A stretch of 61,719 bases of DNA, filler included, from Anaerolineae bacterium (GTDB lineage Bacteria > Chloroflexota > Anaerolineae > Epilineales > Epilineaceae): NCBI GenBank assembly GCA_029262755.1. It is 4 parts of 4 records of this genome, joined end to end, with 100 filler letters (N's around TTAATTAATTAA, not from the genome) between each part and the next. Parts side by side here need not be neighbours in the genome. Positions count along the whole stretch, not along the records: positions 18,420 to 39,083 come from JAJCYU010000117.1; 3 more parts are not named here. One strand, given 5' to 3'. Position 1 is the stretch's first letter, and each line of letters begins with the position of its first letter. The notes below the pieces were generated by a model, which was given only the letters and a program-made list of their open reading frames with translations, was not told where the DNA came from and did not search any database. Below are positions 19,716 through 28,322 of the stretch, in pieces. Both the position numbers and the translations under genes were made by a program.

Positions 19716-22700
19716 ATGCGCCTACGATCTCGTATCCTCGCCGGATTCGTCCTCACGCTCACGATCGGCCTGCTGCCCTGGGCCTCGGAGGGCGACGGCG
19801 TCGTGCCGGGCGATCGCGCGCCCCACCGCGCTCTGCACGCCCAATCCGCGCCCTTGGCCTACGAGGTTGTCGCTACGTGGGAGGGCATCGCGACGGCGTT
19901 GCCCGCCGATGCGTGGCGGCGCGCGACGGGCCTTGCGCTGGGCGCGAGCGGGTCGATCTACGTCGTCGATGCGACGGACGGGCGCAACTCGGTCATCGCG
20001 CCGGACGAGAGCGAGCGCGCGTTGGCGCCGACGGCGGACGGCGGGAGCGGGCTGCGCGATGCGGTCCATTTGGCCGTGGACGAGGCGCGGGATCGGATCT
20101 ATGTCACCGACGGCACGCGCGGCGAGGTCGCGGTCTTCGACCTGGCCGGCGAGCGGGTCGCCACGTGGGGCAACGTGCTGGAGGCGGCCGGCGTGGCCGT
20201 TGCGCCGGATGGCTGGGTGGCGGCGGGGTCGGCCGAGACGGGCGAGGTCGTGCTGTTTGACGTGGACGGCACGGAGCGGCTGCGGTTCAAGACCTCCACC
20301 ACGACCCAGACGGGCGGGCTCGTGCGAGGGATCGACATCGACGAGGACGGGCGCATCCACGTGCTCGACGGCACGAGCCAGACGCTGCGCGTGTTCAACG
20401 AGGCGGGGCGGCGCACGAGCCAGACCGCGTTGCGCATCCCGGAAAGCATCGAGATCCGCGACGTGGCGGTGGACTACGAGCAGGGCCTGACCTCGTCGCG
20501 GCGGATTCGCTTCGCCACCTCCATCGGCATCTTCACCTACAAGCCGAGCAGCGACGACTACGACATCTTGCCGCGCGGCGACCTACACGCGCTCGATGTC
20601 TCGACCGCAGTGGGCTCCGTGGCTTCGCAGCCGGCGACGCGGCGCAACGAGGGTTCGCTGGTGCTGCGCTTCGCGTACGCCACGATCACCTCCGCCGCGC
20701 CGACGACCGTCTGGGGCCGCTCGGTCGCCGTGCCGGGCACCTTCGACCAGCCCGAGATTGTCGCGATCGGCGCGGACGGTCTGGCCCTCGTGTTGGACCG
20801 GGCGTGGCGCGTGCAGCGCTTCGCGGCCGACGGCGCCGTCGTCGGGCAGCTCGATCCGCCGGGGCTGAGCCTCAACCCCGTGTCCGCGACGAGCGCACCG
20901 GACGGTCGGGTCTTCGTGACGGACGGCGGGATCGTGGCCGGCTTCGACGCGGCGGGCACGGAAGTTTGGCAGCAGACGGTGGCGGCCGGCGGTGGGGAAG
21001 GCAACGCGGTGGCGCTCGCATGGGACCAGGCTTCCGACCTGCTCATGGCACTCGACACCTTGGGCGATACGCTGCACCGCTTCGACGCGGACGGCACGCG
21101 CCTGTCGAGCATCCCCCTGCAGGCAGCGCCGGACGGCAGCACGATCTGGGGCGATCTGGACGTGCGCGACGGGCGCGCGTACGTGCTGGACCGCATCAAC
21201 CGCGCCGTTCGCGTCGTCGAGCCCGCGGGACCCGGCGGCTGGACGCAGCGCACGATCGCCCTGCCGGCCAGGGCGCGGCGCATCGCTGCCGCGCCGGACG
21301 GGGCCGTGCTCACCTTGGAGCGCGACGGTTGGGTGCGCCGCGTCGCCGATGACGGCGCGCCGGCGGGCGCCTTCGACGCGACCCGATTCGACCTGGCCTT
21401 TGCCTCCGCACCGAGCGATCTGGCGGTGGACGATGCCGGGCAGGTGCTCGTCAGCGACCGCTCGGCCAACGTGGTCACGCGCTTCGCACCCGACCCTGAC
21501 CCCGGCGCCGTGCCGCCCGAGCCACCCGGCGATCGGGCTGCGTGCCGGACGTTCCCGGACAAGACCGCGGCGCCGGACACCATCGAGTTGGGCGACACCG
21601 TCGAGGTCCGCCTGACCGTACGCGGCGGCTGCGGCAGCACGGTTTCCAGCGAGCCGCGCGACGTGATTCTCGTGCTGGACCGCTCGGGCTCCATGCAGGG
21701 CGAGCCGATCCGCGTCCTGCGCGAGGCGGCGCTCGCGTTCCTGGCGGACGTCGACTTCACGACGACGCGCGTCGGCGTGGTCGCGTTCAACGAGACTGTG
21801 CAGCGCACCCCGCTCTCGGCCAATCCGGCGCCCGTGCGGTCGGCCATCCGCGGGCTCCAGGCCTCGGGGCAGACCTTGTTGCACGTCGGCCTTGCCGAGG
21901 CTCGTAGCGAGTTCCAACAACGCGGCCGGGCCGATGCGCGGCCCGTGCTGATCCTGTTCTCCGACGGACAGGACACCGGTAGCGACACGAAAGACACCGA
22001 ACGCGAGGCGCGCTTTCTCAAGACGGGCATGGGCGTCGAGATCTTCACGATCGGCATCCAGGCATCGCCCACCCTCCTGCGGCAGGTGGCCACCGACGAA
22101 GACCACTACTACGCGGCGGGCAACGCGCGCTTCCTCTACGGCATCTTCGAGCGCATCGCGCAGCGCGTGACCTCCACGACGCTCTTCCGCAGCCTGGTGA
22201 TCGAGGACGAGCTGCCGGCCGATATGGAGCTGCTGCCCGGCAGCGCAGAGCCGCCGCCGATGGTTCAGGGCCGCTTGCTGAGATGGACCTTGGTCGATGT
22301 TCCGCTCAACGGGCTCGGCCTGCGCTACACCGTGCGGCCCACGACACCCGGCGACCGCCCAACAAACGTCTTCGCACGCGGCACCTTCGAGGACGGCTTC
22401 GGCAACCCGGGCACCTTCGATTTCCCTGTACCGATCGTGCGCGTGATCGTCGACACCCCGACGCCGACGGCCACGAGCACCCCAACGCCCACCGCGACTC
22501 CAACGGCCACGGCCACCGCGACCGCGACCCCCATTCCGGTGCCGATCTTCCTGCCGCTCGCGTTGCACGAGCGCACCTGCAAGCCCGGCGAGCGCCACGC
22601 CGACGTGATGCTGGTGGTGGACACCTCGTCGAGCATGGTCGGCCCGAAGATCGTCGCCGCCCGCGCGGCGGCGCGCCAGTTCATCGACCTGCTCGACCTA

Positions 22701-23171
22701 CCGCGCGACCAGGTGGGTGTCGTGCGCTTCGACAGCGAAGCCCGGCTCGTGGCGCCGCTCTCCGGTGACGCGACGAGCTTGCGCGCGGCGATCGACGGCC
22801 TGGCCACGGCCAGCGGCACCCGCATCGACCTCGGTCTGCGGCGGGCACTGGACGAGCTGGCCTCGGGCAATGCCCGCGCCGGCAACACGCCGACGCTCGT
22901 GCTGCTCACGGACGGCCGGATGCCGGATCCCGACGCCGCGCTCGGCATCGCCGCCGAGGCGCGCGCGGCGGGCGTGCGGCTCTACGCGATCGGGCTGGGC
23001 GACGAGAGCCAGGTGGACTTCGTGGTGCTCGTGCGGCTGGCGGGCGACCGCTCGCGCGCCTTCCTGGCGCCGCGCCCCGAGGATCTGACCGGGATCTACG
23101 CCCAGGTGGCCGGCGAGGTGCCCTGCCCGCCCGATGTCTACTGGGGCCGCCGCGTGATCGGCCGACCATGA
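19716..23171 (+). CDS. Secreted NHL/beta-propeller - VWA(in Ig fold) - PT linker - VWA surface protein
   Basis: Signal peptide; NHL-like repeats (GRIHVLD, GQVLVSDR); MIDAS LDRSGSM and VDTSSSM; TPTPTAT linker; in-frame ATG at 19614 also possible. Confidence 0.85.
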   Translation: MRLRSRILAGFVLTLTIGLLPWASEGDGVVPGDRAPHRALHAQSAPLAYEVVATWEGIATALPADAWRRATGLALGASGSIYVVDATDGRNSVIAPDESERALAPTADGGSGLRDAVHLAVDEARDRIYVTDGTRGEVAVFDLAGERVATWGNVLEAAGVAVAPDGWVAAGSAETGEVVLFDVDGTERLRFKTSTTTQTGGLVRGIDIDEDGRIHVLDGTSQTLRVFNEAGRRTSQTALRIPESIEIRDVAVDYEQGLTSSRRIRFATSIGIFTYKPSSDDYDILPRGDLHALDVSTAVGSVASQPATRRNEGSLVLRFAYATITSAAPTTVWGRSVAVPGTFDQPEIVAIGADGLALVLDRAWRVQRFAADGAVVGQLDPPGLSLNPVSATSAPDGRVFVTDGGIVAGFDAAGTEVWQQTVAAGGGEGNAVALAWDQASDLLMALDTLGDTLHRFDADGTRLSSIPLQAAPDGSTIWGDLDVRDGRAYVLDRINRAVRVVEPAGPGGWTQRTIALPARARRIAAAPDGAVLTLERDGWVRRVADDGAPAGAFDATRFDLAFASAPSDLAVDDAGQVLVSDRSANVVTRFAPDPDPGAVPPEPPGDRAACRTFPDKTAAPDTIELGDTVEVRLTVRGGCGSTVSSEPRDVILVLDRSGSMQGEPIRVLREAALAFLADVDFTTTRVGVVAFNETVQRTPLSANPAPVRSAIRGLQASGQTLLHVGLAEARSEFQQRGRADARPVLILFSDGQDTGSDTKDTEREARFLKTGMGVEIFTIGIQASPTLLRQVATDEDHYYAAGNARFLYGIFERIAQRVTSTTLFRSLVIEDELPADMELLPGSAEPPPMVQGRLLRWTLVDVPLNGLGLRYTVRPTTPGDRPTNVFARGTFEDGFGNPGTFDFPVPIVRVIVDTPTPTATSTPTPTATPTATATATATPIPVPIFLPLALHERTCKPGERHADVMLVVDTSSSMVGPKIVAARAAARQFIDLLDLPRDQVGVVRFDSEARLVAPLSGDATSLRAAIDGLATASGTRIDLGLRRALDELASGNARAGNTPTLVLLTDGRMPDPDAALGIAAEARAAGVRLYAIGLGDESQVDFVVLVRLAGDRSRAFLAPRPEDLTGIYAQVAGEVPCPPDVYWGRRVIGRP

Positions 23172-24193
23172 GCGCCGCCCAAACGACCGCATCCCAAACG
23201 ACCGCCTCCGACGCGACCGCCTCAGACCCGATCGTCGCAGACCCGATCGTCGCCGACACGCTCGGCGGCGCGGGATCGCCGCTGCACCTGGCGCATGCGA
23301 ACGGCTACCCGCCCGCATCCTATCGAGGTCTCGTGGAGCACTTGGGTGCGCACTTCACGGTGCAGGCACTGCGCACCCGGCCGCTGCGCCCCGGCACCAG
23401 CCCTTCCGCGATGACAAGCTGGCACCAGCTGGCCGACGAGCTCGTCGCGTGGTTGGACGCCGAGGACATGCGCGACGTCGTCGGCGTCGGCCATTCGCTG
23501 GGCGGCATCGTAACGATGTACGCGGCGCTCGCGCGGCCCGAACGCTTTCGCGCGCTCGCGCTCGTGGAGCCCGTACTGCTGCCGCCCGCGCTGCTGGCCC
23601 AGGTGGGCGACCCCGACGAGGCCGCGCAGCGCATCGGCCTTGTGAGGGTGGCGCTCCAACGGCGCACGTCGTGGCCAAGCCACGAGGACGCCTTCGCGCA
23701 CTTCCGACCCAAGCCCGTATTCGCGCGCATCTCGGACGAGGTACTCTGGGACTACGTGCGCGGCGGGCTGATACCGGACTCAGCGGCCGGCGCGGATTCC
23801 CGTAGCGCTTCCGAGCCCGCTCCCGCTGCCGCTGCCGCTGCAGATGGCGATGCCGCTACAGATGTCGCTCTCGCTGCCGATTCCGTAGCAAGTGCCGCTG
23901 CCGCCGCCGCTGCGCCCAACCTGACGCTCGCCTTCCCGCGGGAGTGGGAAGCGCGGATCTACAGCACGCCGCCCACCGATGTCTGGGACCTGCTCCCGCG
24001 CCTGTCCGTCCCGACGCTCGCGCTACGCGGCGCAACCAGCGACACGATCAACATCGAGAGCTGGCGGCGCTGGCAGACGCAGCAACCGGAAGCGCGCTTC
24101 GTGAACCTCGACTCCGTCGGCCACCTGCTGCCCTTCGAGGCTCCGGAGCGCGTGGCGGCCGAGATCCTGGACTTCGTCGACGACCTGCGGTGA
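23168..24193 (+). CDS. Alpha/beta hydrolase
   Basis: HANGY, GHSLGG, GATSD, GHLLPFEAP; ATGA overlap. Confidence 0.9.
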   Translation: MSAAQTTASQTTASDATASDPIVADPIVADTLGGAGSPLHLAHANGYPPASYRGLVEHLGAHFTVQALRTRPLRPGTSPSAMTSWHQLADELVAWLDAEDMRDVVGVGHSLGGIVTMYAALARPERFRALALVEPVLLPPALLAQVGDPDEAAQRIGLVRVALQRRTSWPSHEDAFAHFRPKPVFARISDEVLWDYVRGGLIPDSAAGADSRSASEPAPAAAAAADGDAATDVALAADSVASAAAAAAAPNLTLAFPREWEARIYSTPPTDVWDLLPRLSVPTLALRGATSDTINIESWRRWQTQQPEARFVNLDSVGHLLPFEAPERVAAEILDFVDDLR

Positions 24194-25548
24194 GCGAGGT
24201 GGGTGAGGTGAGCGGGCGTGACAGGGCGATGGCGGAAGAGGGCCAGGTCGCGCAGCCCCTTGAGGTGTCGCGCTCTCGTGAAGACTCGCTAGCGCACCCG
24301 GTCCCGCTCCCTCGCGCGGTCGACGTCGTGGTCATCGGCGCCGGCGTGCTCGGCCTGGCCGCCGCGTGGCGTCTGGCCGCCGGCGGCGCGGGCCGCGTGC
24401 TCGTGCTCGAGCGCGCGCACGTGGGGCACGCGCGCGGCGGGTCCGGTGGCCCCACGCGCATCTTCCGCGCCGCGTACCCCGACGTGCGTCACGCGCGGCT
24501 CGCGCGTCTCGCGGCGCGGGTCGATTGGCCCGCGCTCGAGCGTGCGGCCGGGCAGGTGCTGCTGCATCCGCGACCGGCGTGCTTCTTCGGGCCTAGCGAC
24601 GGCCCCATGGCCGAGTATGCAGACGCCGTCGGACGCTCCGGCGCGCCGATCGAGCGCATCGATGCACTCACCGCTGAGCTCCGTTTCCCGGCTTTGCGCT
24701 TCGACACGGTCCCAGATCCCGTGATCCTCGACGATCGCGGCGCCGCGGTGATCGCCACCGCCGACACGCGTGCGGCGCTCGTACGGTTGGCCCGCGCCGG
24801 AGGCGCGACGATCGCCGAGGGCTGCGCGGTGCTCGCGCTGGAGGGCGGCGGTGCGGGCGAGCGGGTGCGGCTGCGGGTTGCGCGCGCGGAGGCGACGGAC
24901 GTCGATCGCCCCGCTGAGGACGGCGTCTCGATCCACGCCGAGCACGTGGTCGTCGCTACAGGAGCGTGGCTCGGCGCGTTGCTGCCGGCGCTGGATGCGG
25001 CCGTCACGCCGGTGCGCCAGCGGGTTGGGTATTGGAAGGCCCCGGGGGCGCGAAGGGCGCTCGAGGCGCAGGAGGCGCACGAAGCTCCGGACGGCTGCGT
25101 GGAGCCGCCGATCTGGGCCTACGTCGGTCACGGGCCCGACGACTTCTACTACGGGCTACCCGACATGGGCGGGGAGGGCCTCAAGGCCGCCCGTCATTGC
25201 ACCATCGGAGGCGAGCATCCGGACACGCCGCGCGACGCGTCGCGGGAAGCCGCCGCGGATCGCGCCGAGATGGCCGCCGTTGCCGATGTGCTCGCGCGCG
25301 TGCTCCGACGACCGCCGTCCACGCTGCTGCGGGTCGAGCACTGCGGTTATGCGATGGCGCCGCGGGAGCGGTTCATCGTCGGTCCGGTGCCCGGTCGGCC
25401 GCAGGTGTTCGTTCTGGGCGGCGGCTCGGGCCATGCCTTCAAGTTCGCCCCGCTCCTCGGCCGCATCGCCTCCGAATGGGTCCGTGATGGTGGCTTCCTC
25501 GATCCCGAGGCCGCCGCTCTTGCTTCGGAATGGGCGCCTTCGGTCTGA
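24190..25548 (+). CDS. FAD-dependent oxidoreductase, monomeric sarcosine oxidase/MTOX family
   Basis: VIGAGVLG, GSGGPTRIFRAAY, VVATGAW, CGY, GSGHAFKFAPLLG; start uncertain (24190 or 24229). Confidence 0.85.
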   Translation: MSEVGEVSGRDRAMAEEGQVAQPLEVSRSREDSLAHPVPLPRAVDVVVIGAGVLGLAAAWRLAAGGAGRVLVLERAHVGHARGGSGGPTRIFRAAYPDVRHARLARLAARVDWPALERAAGQVLLHPRPACFFGPSDGPMAEYADAVGRSGAPIERIDALTAELRFPALRFDTVPDPVILDDRGAAVIATADTRAALVRLARAGGATIAEGCAVLALEGGGAGERVRLRVARAEATDVDRPAEDGVSIHAEHVVVATGAWLGALLPALDAAVTPVRQRVGYWKAPGARRALEAQEAHEAPDGCVEPPIWAYVGHGPDDFYYGLPDMGGEGLKAARHCTIGGEHPDTPRDASREAAADRAEMAAVADVLARVLRRPPSTLLRVEHCGYAMAPRERFIVGPVPGRPQVFVLGGGSGHAFKFAPLLGRIASEWVRDGGFLDPEAAALASEWAPSV

Positions 25549-25705
25549 TCCGGCGGGCCACGTTCCGCAGGAGTTGGCGTCTAGACGTGTCTAAACCCGA
25601 GTGATCTCGGCGCAAACACCCTTTCCGATCGCCATCGAGCGACGGTTGAGCGTGGGGCGCGCGTAGGGTGGGCGTGGGGAACGCGTGACATTCAACCGCT
25701 GGCCT

Positions 25706-25727
25706 ATCACGTAGCATATAATGTGAT
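25706..25727 (+). promoter_or_regulatory. TATAAT -10 (25717-25722) inside an inverted repeat ATCACGT-N8-ATGTGAT
   Basis: Direct reading; lies upstream of the Met/Asp-rich gene. Confidence 0.5.
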
Positions 25728-25795
25728 CCCAAAGCGCCCGGATCCGTTCGTCCCACAATCCACCCTTCACCTTCGTCGGGCGCCCCCACAGGAGC

Positions 25796-26728
25796 ATGCC
25801 GCATATGTCGCTGTCTAAGATTCTTCGCCCCTCTTTGTCGATGGCCATGGCCGCGTCGCTGTTGGTCGCTCTGACCGGCACGGCCGCCGCGGACGGTCAC
25901 GCGATGACGGGCTCCGGTACCGGTAACGTCGGTGGTGCGCACCAGCAGTGGAACGCCACCCTTCCCGCCAACACGGACGCCGAACTCGGCATCACGTTCT
26001 GGCCGTGCATCAACCCGCATGCCATCGATCTCGAGGTCTACGACGCGAGCGGCTTGGCCGGCGCGGCGATGCAGACGGGCCCGTGCTCCAAGAGCCTCAG
26101 CTGGAACACCGGCGCCGGTGGCGACGTGATGATCCAGATGGCCAACTACCTGCACGGCATCGGCACCCACTGGACCATCACCGCCGAGGGCTTCAGCCTG
26201 GGCGAGGGCAGCGCCATGATGGCCGCCTCGATGGACGACGGCATGATGGCTGATAGCGACGACGCCATGATGGCTGACGACGACGCCGCGATGGCTGACG
26301 ACGATGCCATGATGGCCGAGGATGACGGCGAAGAGGCCATGATGGCCGATGACGACGCCATGATGGCCGAAGGCACCAGCGACGCGATGGCGCCGAAGGT
26401 TGCGATGATGGGCGACGACGCGATGGCCGGCACGTTGGTCGGCGACGTCGGTGGCTCGTTCTTCACCTACGACATGCCGGTTACGGCGGGCGAGACGTAC
26501 ACGCTGCGCATGACCAACGGTCTGGGCGTCGGCGGCAACTGGAACGGCGTCGGCTTCAAGGTCTGGGGCCCGAACGGCCTCGTGGCCACGAGCACGACCA
26601 TGCACGGCGCGCCGGATTCGGTGACCTTCACCGCCGACATGGACGGCACGTACCAGGTCCAGGTCTACAACTACCACCATGGCGAGACGTTGTACTACGC
26701 CTTCGACATGGGCGACGACACGATGTAG
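25796..26728 (+). CDS. Secreted protein with two small beta domains joined by Met/Asp-rich (DDAMMA) repeats
   Basis: AGGAG RBS; signal peptide ending TAAA-DGH; repeats ~26215-26430; related domain ends IQMANYLHG and VQVYNYHHG. Confidence 0.85.
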   Translation: MPHMSLSKILRPSLSMAMAASLLVALTGTAAADGHAMTGSGTGNVGGAHQQWNATLPANTDAELGITFWPCINPHAIDLEVYDASGLAGAAMQTGPCSKSLSWNTGAGGDVMIQMANYLHGIGTHWTITAEGFSLGEGSAMMAASMDDGMMADSDDAMMADDDAAMADDDAMMAEDDGEEAMMADDDAMMAEGTSDAMAPKVAMMGDDAMAGTLVGDVGGSFFTYDMPVTAGETYTLRMTNGLGVGGNWNGVGFKVWGPNGLVATSTTMHGAPDSVTFTADMDGTYQVQVYNYHHGETLYYAFDMGDDTM

Positions 26729-26765
26729 TTCGACGCGGGGCAAGGGCCACGCCTCGCGACGAAGA

Positions 26766-26806
26766 ACGAGGGCCCGGCGCGATTCGCGCCGGGCCCTCGT
26801 CTTGTT
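26766..26806. terminator. Hairpin terminator between convergent genes
   Basis: 16-bp perfect stem ACGAGGGCCCGGCGCG-ATT-CGCGCCGGGCCCTCGT followed by CTTGTTT. Confidence 0.8.
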
Positions 26807-26894
26807 TAGGGCGTGTTGACCCAACCGTCTACAGCGCCTGTCCCGCTTACATCGCCTGCCCCGTTGCTCCGCCCGTCGGTCGCACCCAACCTCC

Positions 26895-28052
26895 CTAGTC
26901 CGCCAACCCCACCTCAACGCGTCCCGTCATGCCGGCGCGCAGCGGCAGATCCGTCTCGTCGACGGAGATCCACACGCGGTACACGATCGCGCCGCCGCCG
27001 TCCGGGCTTCCGGTCGACGCGATGCGGCGCACGCGGCCGCTCAACGGGCGGTCGGGCCAGGCGGTGAGCGTCACCTCGGCCGGCGCGCCTTCCACGACGT
27101 CGCCCACGTAGCGTTCGCCCAGGTTGGAGGTCACGAAGTCCAGCGGCGAGGTCTTGGCCACCGTGACGGCGGGCGAGCCTGGCCCCACGTTGACACCAAC
27201 GGCCACGTGGACCACGTCGACGATGCCCGCGAAGGGCGCCACGATCGCGGCATCCGCGCGGGCGTCGTCCGCGCGAGCCACGGCGCGCTCCGCCTGGGCG
27301 ATGTTCGCCCTGGCGGAGGCCACCCGTGCGCGTGCGGCCGCCAGCTCGCCCTCGCGCGCATCGAGCGTCGCCTGGTAGCTCTCCTGCGCGATGAGGAGCG
27401 ACTGTTCCGCCGCCTGTACGCTCGCGTCGGCGCCGTCGCACTCGCTCTGCGGGGTGAAGGCCGTTCCCGCGCGGCCGCAGATGCTGTCACGGCTTACCTG
27501 CTGCGACCACAGCGAGTTCTTGGAGCGCTCCACCTCGAGCCGCCCGGTTTCCACGTCCGTGCCGCGCTCGGCTCGCTGGAGCGCAAGGCTGGCCGAGGTC
27601 AGGCCTTCGCGGGCCGACGTCAACGAGGCCTGCGCGTCCAACACCGCCCCGTCCAAATCCGCCGGGTTCACACGTGCCAACAAATCGCCCACCTCCACCG
27701 GGTCGCCGCTGCTCACCGTCACCTCCAGCACCTCACCCGACGTTGCAAAGGAGAGCGGCTGTGGCGCGATGGGTAGCTCGAGCGCCCCGTCCGCCGTGAC
27801 CACACGCTCTACGCGTCGGTCGTAGGTGGGCGTGGGACCGGGCTCGCCGCCGTCGTCCTCGTCGCCATCTCCGTTATCGTCCTGGTCGCCGTCACGTGCG
27901 CTCGAATTCGCACCGTCGCGATCCTCGCTGTCGCCCGCGTCCGCGGACTGCGCGGCGTCCGACGTTGCGCCCTCGTCCGCGCCCGAGCCGCCGCAAGCAC
28001 CGAGGACGGGCACGAGGCCGAGGAGCAGGAGCAGCAGCGCGATGCGTGGCAT
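26895..28052 (-). CDS. Membrane-fusion/efflux adaptor lipoprotein (HlyD/MacA-like)
   Basis: Lipobox LGAC; LSFATSGEV..GDPVEVGDLLA; coiled hairpin; IVAPFAGIV; LRAGMTGRVEV. Confidence 0.88.
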   Translation of the reverse strand: MPRIALLLLLLGLVPVLGACGGSGADEGATSDAAQSADAGDSEDRDGANSSARDGDQDDNGDGDEDDGGEPGPTPTYDRRVERVVTADGALELPIAPQPLSFATSGEVLEVTVSSGDPVEVGDLLARVNPADLDGAVLDAQASLTSAREGLTSASLALQRAERGTDVETGRLEVERSKNSLWSQQVSRDSICGRAGTAFTPQSECDGADASVQAAEQSLLIAQESYQATLDAREGELAAARARVASARANIAQAERAVARADDARADAAIVAPFAGIVDVVHVAVGVNVGPGSPAVTVAKTSPLDFVTSNLGERYVGDVVEGAPAEVTLTAWPDRPLSGRVRRIASTGSPDGGGAIVYRVWISVDETDLPLRAGMTGRVEVGLAD

Positions 28053-28322
28053 GATGCGGGCGATGGGGCGCGCAGGCGCAGAGGGGCCATGGGATCTCGA
28101 CACCGTAGGGGCGACTAGGTGGGCGCCTTTCTCAGCGTCTCTATCAACAGGTCGGCCGACGGCGGGATGAGGACGGTTCATCGCGGAACTCCATGCGGTG
28201 CGGGATGTGCGAGGCGGGAAACGGGCGTTGGCAACGCGGGCGTGTTGTGATTGGAACGCGGGACTCAAGCTGCGTGGCGGATGTCCGGTCTGCGTTGCGT
28301 TGGTCGGGTGGCATCGGGAGCG

